A stretch of 64,000 nucleotides of DNA from positions 7,756 to 71,755 of the forward strand of contig JBDSHN010000056.1 in assembly GCA_039918435.1 (NCBI GenBank), in the 5' to 3' direction. The translations under genes were made by a program, and so were the position numbers. The DNA comes from Bacteroidia bacterium. Its GTDB lineage: Bacteria > Bacteroidota > Bacteroidia > Palsa-965. The notes beneath the pieces were generated by a model. The model made no database searches, had not been told where the DNA came from, and was given only the letters and a program-made list of their open reading frames with translations. Position 1 is the stretch's first letter. Every line of letters starts with the position of its first letter. Of the stretch, positions 58,982 to 64,000 are shown in pieces.

Positions 58982-59785
58982 CTAAAATTGATAAGCTGAA
59001 CATTTTGAAGGTTTGTCGGCAAGCTGAAAAGTCAGCGTTAATCCTGCAAAAGCATACCAGTCTTTATTCCGTGGGTTTCCACGTTGCCTGCCGATATTCG
59101 ATGGCCCCACATTACTGCGGTCAGCCACTGCTACAGACAATGCGCCGTATTCTGCAAGGTCGCTCGGGTTGGCATAAACGGTGCTCACATCATCAATATA
59201 ATCTGTGAACGTTTTGCGCATTCCCCATTCAGCAAGCAGGCCAATGCGTTTAGCAAGATTCACACGTACACCTGCACCGAAAGGAATGGACAACTGAACT
59301 TTTGAATATGATTTTGCCTGGCCTTCGGTATGTAATGGCTGCAATGCAACCCACTGATTTCCGAATGAAGCTTTTGGATTAAAATTAAAGACCGCCAATC
59401 CTAAAAACATAAAGGGCGTGAAAGAATGTTTGTCATTCCCGATTCTGTATTCAATAAAATTAAATTCACCCCGTACTGCAAATTCATAAATGGAAGAACG
59501 GAAGCTGAGGTTACGCTTTTGTTGTTCGAATGAACTTGAACGCGCATCAATTCCCTGCACACTGCCGAAAAACGCTGTTGCAGCAACCGCAAAACGCATA
59601 TTAATGTTGTGACGGAAAACAATTCCACCTGCGGGGCGCGTCAGGCTGCTGAAATGTTTGGTCGGATTCAGTTCACCAATGTAGTATGAGCCGCCAAGCA
59701 TAATACCAATTTCATCAGAACGCTGTGCATTGGCTGTAAGACCACACACAATGATTCCAAGGAAAAAAAGAATTCTTTTCATCAC
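58982..59785 (-). CDS. DUF6089 / PorG-like outer membrane beta-barrel
   Basis: Signal peptide; [28 protein letters not shown]; sits upstream of uppS-bamA-skp as porG does in Porphyromonas. Confidence 0.75.
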   Translation of the reverse strand: MMKRILFFLGIIVCGLTANAQRSDEIGIMLGGSYYIGELNPTKHFSSLTRPAGGIVFRHNINMRFAVAATAFFGSVQGIDARSSSFEQQKRNLSFRSSIYEFAVRGEFNFIEYRIGNDKHSFTPFMFLGLAVFNFNPKASFGNQWVALQPLHTEGQAKSYSKVQLSIPFGAGVRVNLAKRIGLLAEWGMRKTFTDYIDDVSTVYANPSDLAEYGALSVAVADRSNVGPSNIGRQRGNPRNKDWYAFAGLTLTFQLADKPSKCSAYQF

Positions 59786-59925
59786 TTTATTTTATTTTAT
59801 TTTAACTGCCCCACAAAAATCCTTTCGGACAATTGTTGCAGGAATATGATCGCAATTCTTCAACGGGGGTTAGGGAGAATTGGTATGTCAATTTCAATAA
59901 TTATCACTCCTGATTTTTAAGGAAG

Positions 59926-59933
59926 CAAATATA
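59926..59933 (-). promoter_or_regulatory. Bacteroidota -7 element for the DUF6089-uppS-bamA operon
   Basis: TATATTTG on the minus strand. Confidence 0.45.
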
Positions 59934-60143
59934 GCCGTTTTTGCACTTGAGCGATAGCGTTTTAACAAGCTTGAGGACTAAGTTTTTTCAACAAAAGATG
60001 CTTTGTTAAGGTCTGACAATCAATCATTTTTATAAAACTCAGGCATTCAGGCTTTCTATTTTGCAAAAAGTCAGGTAAAACGGCGAAAAACTATCACAGG
60101 ATAAACGGTTTTTCCGATGATCCGGATTCAGTAAATAACCATC

Positions 60144-61025
60144 TTAATTTCTTGCATCAAGTCCCCAAATCAGCTTTTGACGGATCGTATTGAAGAAATG
60201 ATGATCGCTGAAACGCACAAGGCTGATCTTAAAATCTTCCTTGCGGATAGTGAGTTCAATATCTTCTGTAAAAACATCAGAGCGTGCGTCAAGTGTGGCA
60301 AGATGCTGCGGACTTCTGCCTTCCACCTTCAGGCTGATCACGCTGTCTTCGGGAACAATGAGCGGGCGGACATTCAGGTTATGCGGCGAAAGTGGTGTGA
60401 TAACAAAACTTTTTGCTTCGGGAACCATAAGCGGACCGCCGCAACTGAGCGAATAAGCTGTTGATCCGGTTGGTGTTGAAATGATAAGACCATCAGCCCA
60501 ATAGGAATTCAGAAACTCACCGTTGATCTTGGTATGAATGGTCATCATTGCCGAAGTTTCCTTCCGCTGAACAGTAAATTCATTCAGCGCAAAGTTCATT
60601 TCACCGAAGAGATTGTTTTTTGTTCCGAGCTTGAGCAGTGAACGTTTGTCAATTGAAAACTTTCTTTCTTTCAATCGTTCTACCGCGTGTGCAACAGCTT
60701 CTTCCACTGTAACACCAGCAAGGAACCCCAATCTGCCGGTATTGATTCCCAGAATAGGAATACCCGAATTTCTCACAAAAGTGATTGCTTCCAGGATTGT
60801 TCCGTCACCTCCAAGACTCAGCAAAAAATCAGCCTGCCCGCGAATAGAATTAAAATCATCCAGTGATTTCAGCTTTTTTCCCAGCTTGAATTGTGCGCTG
60901 AGGTATTGCAGGTAATCGGAGCCGACTAAAAGTTCGCAACCGTTTTTTTCCAGTTTGTCAAAGAGCCCCTGTAATCCGGGAGGAAGTTCTTTTTCAGTTA
61001 TACGGCCGTAAATTGCAACTTTCAT
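60144..61025 (-). CDS. nadK: NAD+ kinase
   Basis: LGGDGT, ALNE, TPTGSTAYSLSCGG. Confidence 0.93.
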   Translation of the reverse strand: MKVAIYGRITEKELPPGLQGLFDKLEKNGCELLVGSDYLQYLSAQFKLGKKLKSLDDFNSIRGQADFLLSLGGDGTILEAITFVRNSGIPILGINTGRLGFLAGVTVEEAVAHAVERLKERKFSIDKRSLLKLGTKNNLFGEMNFALNEFTVQRKETSAMMTIHTKINGEFLNSYWADGLIISTPTGSTAYSLSCGGPLMVPEAKSFVITPLSPHNLNVRPLIVPEDSVISLKVEGRSPQHLATLDARSDVFTEDIELTIRKEDFKISLVRFSDHHFFNTIRQKLIWGLDARN

Positions 61026-61152
61026 GGCTTTTAACCTCCGCAGTCTGTCCTGATTTTAAGACGCAGGCACGCCGGAAAGGTTGCCCAAAGGTAGGGAAAA
61101 TGGGGACTGGGGATCGTTGAATTTATGTATCGGAGTTTTCTTGCTGAAGAAA

Positions 61153-61320
61153 AGGAGGTAGGCAAAATAGAAGGCAGGCAGCAGGCTTGACTCCTGCGAA
61201 TTAACGTTTGAGATTCTATTAGCAGAAAAAAGCAGCATTTTTTAACGCTTAATTGGCAAGTTCTCTATGTATCTACGGGCAATTTTCACTGTCGCCTGCC
61301 TTCTATTTTGCCTGCCTCCT
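61153..61320. repeat. 27-bp inverted repeat pair with a 114-nt spacer
   Basis: AGGAGGTAGGCAAAATAGAAGGCAGGC versus GCCTGCCTTCTATTTTGCCTGCCTCCT, 26/27 complementary. Confidence 0.85.
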
Positions 61321-61323
61321 TTC

Positions 61324-62781
61324 TTAAAAAGGCGTTCCCAAATGCAGGAAAAAACCATTTTCTCCACGGAGATTAAAAGAATATTCCACCCGGATCACAA
61401 GATCATAATACGTCACAATATCAACGCCGGCTCCGTAGCCGAGGAGAAAACTATTCCCGAGAAAATTATTATCCTCAATTTCCGATTCGCGGTCATTGAC
61501 GTATCCGGCATCAGCAAATAATCCGGTGTAAATGGCCAGGTGAAGCATATTGAATTTATCCACGGGCAAAAACGGGAACTTTAGCACGCGCGGTTTGAGC
61601 AATTGATAACGTAATGAAGCTTTTGCCATGCCATAACTTTGTCCGTCGATCACGTAATATTCATAACCACGAATATAAGTCCCGAACCCGAGTGCGCGTT
61701 GATGGTAGTAAGGAACATTTTTAGCAGGATTCCATCGCGCGCGTAACATTCCGCTGCCAAAAATCCTCGGGAAAAATTCCATGTATCCGCGAATGCCGGC
61801 AGCCATTACGAGCATGTTCAGTTTTTCATCCGACAAAATTCCGAGACCATGCTTTGTGATTTCAAATTCTTCAAAATGCCCGTGCAAAGGATACGCTTTT
61901 ATGTCGCGATAATCGTGCGTCGCATTATACGAAACTGTGAAATATTCCATTTTCGTTTCGCCTGCAATAAAATAATCCGGCGCAAGATCAAGCACCGTAT
62001 CATTGACGATAAGGTTGGTATATCGCAGGTCAAGATTCTGCCGCCAATAAACTCCTTTACGGTAAGAAAATTTTATGCTGCCAGACGTCTCTCCCCTTAT
62101 CCGGTCAATATTGTCCTTGTAAAAAACGAGCTTGTTGTTTACAGTCGCGTAAGAAACTTCGTGATTGCGCGTATATGTTCCGGTAAACGTAACTCCGATC
62201 GTTCTCTTTTTATCCATGTAAGGAATTGCATATTGTCCGCCGAATTGCTGCGAATAACCAAAACGGCAGATGAGCGCAATGGATTCTTTTCGTCCGCGGA
62301 AATTATATCGCCAAAGAAAAAAACCATAGCTCGCGCGATTAAAATTGTGCCCGTTCCGCCACCACACATTGAAGTTTTGTTCCTGAACCTCAAAGATCGG
62401 AGTGGGCCAGGTGTACCAGCGTTCCTTTACAATGATGACAATAGAAACAGGAACATTTCCGTCCGGTAAAGTATCGGGAAGAAATAAAGTATTGATGGTA
62501 ACAAAATTAAAAAGCGCCGTATTGAGCAGGTTTTCTCTTGAATGTTTGATGCGGTCTTTAAGCTCAGTGCCTGATAAAATTTCATTCGCATGAAAAGAAA
62601 GTTCCCGCTCCATGATAAATTCTTTCGTCTGTTTATTTCCCGAAAAAGAAACAGCACGGATAGAATAATGAGAAGAATCGGAAAGCAGCGAATCCTGCGC
62701 AAACAGGTTACCGGCGAATACAAACGCAGGCAGGATAAAAAAAAGATTGGAAAGAAAAAGAAAATTCCGTGGAGTGAACAT
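61324..62781 (-). CDS. Omp85/TamA-like POTRA-containing outer membrane protein
   Basis: GNKQTKEFIMEREL POTRA; IRGYEYYVIDG; C-terminal FFLHLGTPF; start moved to the ATG at 62781. Confidence 0.8.
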   Translation of the reverse strand: MFTPRNFLFLSNLFFILPAFVFAGNLFAQDSLLSDSSHYSIRAVSFSGNKQTKEFIMERELSFHANEILSGTELKDRIKHSRENLLNTALFNFVTINTLFLPDTLPDGNVPVSIVIIVKERWYTWPTPIFEVQEQNFNVWWRNGHNFNRASYGFFLWRYNFRGRKESIALICRFGYSQQFGGQYAIPYMDKKRTIGVTFTGTYTRNHEVSYATVNNKLVFYKDNIDRIRGETSGSIKFSYRKGVYWRQNLDLRYTNLIVNDTVLDLAPDYFIAGETKMEYFTVSYNATHDYRDIKAYPLHGHFEEFEITKHGLGILSDEKLNMLVMAAGIRGYMEFFPRIFGSGMLRARWNPAKNVPYYHQRALGFGTYIRGYEYYVIDGQSYGMAKASLRYQLLKPRVLKFPFLPVDKFNMLHLAIYTGLFADAGYVNDRESEIEDNNFLGNSFLLGYGAGVDIVTYYDLVIRVEYSFNLRGENGFFLHLGTPF

Positions 62782-62864
62782 TTCGATGAAATTACAAACA
62801 GAAATCTTCCCTCGGACATTCAATATGCAACATTCAAAATCAGCTAATCCTGAATGTTGAATCC

Positions 62865-63527
62865 TTACATATTGATGTAATTCATAAACTCGTCATATCG
62901 GCTGCGCATATCTTCTTCGTACGAGCTCTGGTGGAAAGTCGCTTTCACAGTATAGTTGTATCTCGAAAAAGTCTGCAGGATGCGTGTAAGATCATCGCGG
63001 TTGACTTTGAGTGTTACTTCTACTTTTGTGGAATCCGGAATTCCTCCAACATAAGCGCTCAGAATTTTCGCATCATTTCCTTCCACGATCTGCGAGATCT
63101 GAGCAAGAGAATAATCTACATTATTGACTTCGAGCACCAATATTCCGCCCGGCTCGCGCACAGCGGCAAGAGAAGATAACTTTTCAGCGAGTTGCGGAAG
63201 AGTAATGGAGCCGACAAAATTTCCGGATTCATCGCTCACTGCAACAACATCGAGTGAAAGTTCGGCCATCAGCTTGAGTACATCATACGGATGCTGATTA
63301 CCAAGCAAATGCGGCTTAAGTAAAGCAAGTTTGTGCGATCCGATCGGCGCATCCTGATCGTTAAGATCGTACAATTCATCATCGGAGATCATTCCGATAA
63401 ATTGTTTTCCGTTAATCACCGGCAAATGCGAAACATGAAATTCATCCATCCAGCGTAAAGCTTTCTCGGCGGAATCCTGGATCTTAAGAGGCGGTATATC
63501 GTCGTTAATTAAATCGCTGGCAAGCAT
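62865..63527 (-). CDS. CBS domain protein
   Basis: Tandem CBS (ALRWMDEFHVSHLPV); C-terminal ACT-like region. Confidence 0.85.
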   Translation of the reverse strand: MLASDLINDDIPPLKIQDSAEKALRWMDEFHVSHLPVINGKQFIGMISDDELYDLNDQDAPIGSHKLALLKPHLLGNQHPYDVLKLMAELSLDVVAVSDESGNFVGSITLPQLAEKLSSLAAVREPGGILVLEVNNVDYSLAQISQIVEGNDAKILSAYVGGIPDSTKVEVTLKVNRDDLTRILQTFSRYNYTVKATFHQSSYEEDMRSRYDEFMNYINM

Positions 63528-63562
63528 AGGGTCCTGTCTCTCCGGTTAAATCCGGCGTTTAG

Positions 63563-63570
63563 CAAAGTTA
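63563..63570 (-). promoter_or_regulatory. Bacteroidota -7 element for the CBS-Omp85 genes
   Basis: TAACTTTG on the minus strand, 35 nt upstream of the ATG. Confidence 0.5.
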
Positions 63571-63745
63571 TTTACTTCTTTGAGGATATAACGGTAGAAA
63601 CATGAATTTTGTTCTCAGCAATTGATATTTGGTGGTTGGGGTGGGGTGATTGGTTAAAGGTGATTGGTAATTGGTGATGGTAACAGGAGATTGGGGATTG
63701 ATTGGGTGAAAAAGGGATTATCAGCAACTTTCAGGCTCAGCAACC

Positions 63746-63880
63746 TTTTTACCAATCACCAATTACCTTATCTCGTAATTATTATAAGATTTTCGGCTCA
63801 GCAGCTTTTTACCAATCACCAATTACCTTATCTCGTAAATATTATAAGATTTTCGGCTCAGCTGCTTTTAACCAATTACC
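63746..63880. repeat. 60-bp tandem repeat (2.25 copies)
   Basis: 63746-63805 versus 63806-63865 58/60 identical; partial third unit. Confidence 0.9.
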
Positions 63881-63902
63881 ATTAACCAATCACCCCTTTC
63901 CG

Positions 63903-63910
63903 TACCTTTG
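63903..63910 (+). promoter_or_regulatory. Bacteroidota -7 element for pdxJ
   Basis: TACCTTTG 18 nt upstream of the ATG at 63929. Confidence 0.55.
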
Positions 63911-63928
63911 TGAGGCTAAAATAAAAAG

Positions 63929-64000
63929 ATGATCCGGTTATCCGTCAATATCAATAAGATCGCAACACTCCGCAACAGCAGGGGTGGAAATAATCCTGAT
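63929..64000 (+). CDS. pdxJ: Pyridoxine 5'-phosphate synthase (5' end, runs off the window; not in the ORF track)
   Basis: Translates MIRLSVNINKIATLRNSRGGNNPD, the PdxJ N-terminus. Confidence 0.88.
   Translation, partial: MIRLSVNINKIATLRNSRGGNNPD

Noticed and set aside
63746-63880. Possible CRISPR array
   Set aside because: Units are contiguous 60-bp duplicates with no unique spacers, and there are no cas genes in the window.
63664-63932. Small ORFs with internal repeats
   Set aside because: Translations of the 60-bp tandem repeat in a promoter region.
1-64000. tRNA, rRNA, prophage or integrase genes
   Set aside because: No cloverleaf or T-arm motifs, rRNA signatures, phage structural genes or recombinase motifs recognised by eye; tRNAscan-SE and barrnap would confirm.

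Overview
A 64-kb chromosomal window from a Bacteroidota bacterium, judged from T9SS type A and B cargo proteins, GldM, TAnnTTTG promoters and the pdxJ-CBS-Omp85-nadK-DUF6089-uppS-bamA-skp-skp-murI synteny. Core genes include icmF, dacB, nfuA, nadB, murI, bamA, uppS, nadK and a partial pdxJ. Accessory DNA includes a ~12.5-kb heavy-metal (Cu/Zn-type) efflux and oxidase cluster, a thioester alpha-2-macroglobulin with a translationally coupled small partner, an RnfD-like/DUF2330 pair and a small protein-TonB receptor-HMA trio. The strongest structural signal is a 1.94-kb AT-rich ATPase + HNH (Septu/PtuAB-like) cassette. It sits between two exact 22-bp copies of the icmF start, so it appears to use the icmF upstream signals and rebuilds the gene behind itself, with no integrase present. 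A second AT-rich cassette (M48 peptidase) is flanked by two copies of a hairpin element. Intergenic DNA carries several palindromic or MITE-like repeat families and a dead IS200-type HUH transposase next to a REP doublet. No rRNA, tRNA or CRISPR array was seen. Domain names come from motif recognition by eye, not from HMM searches.
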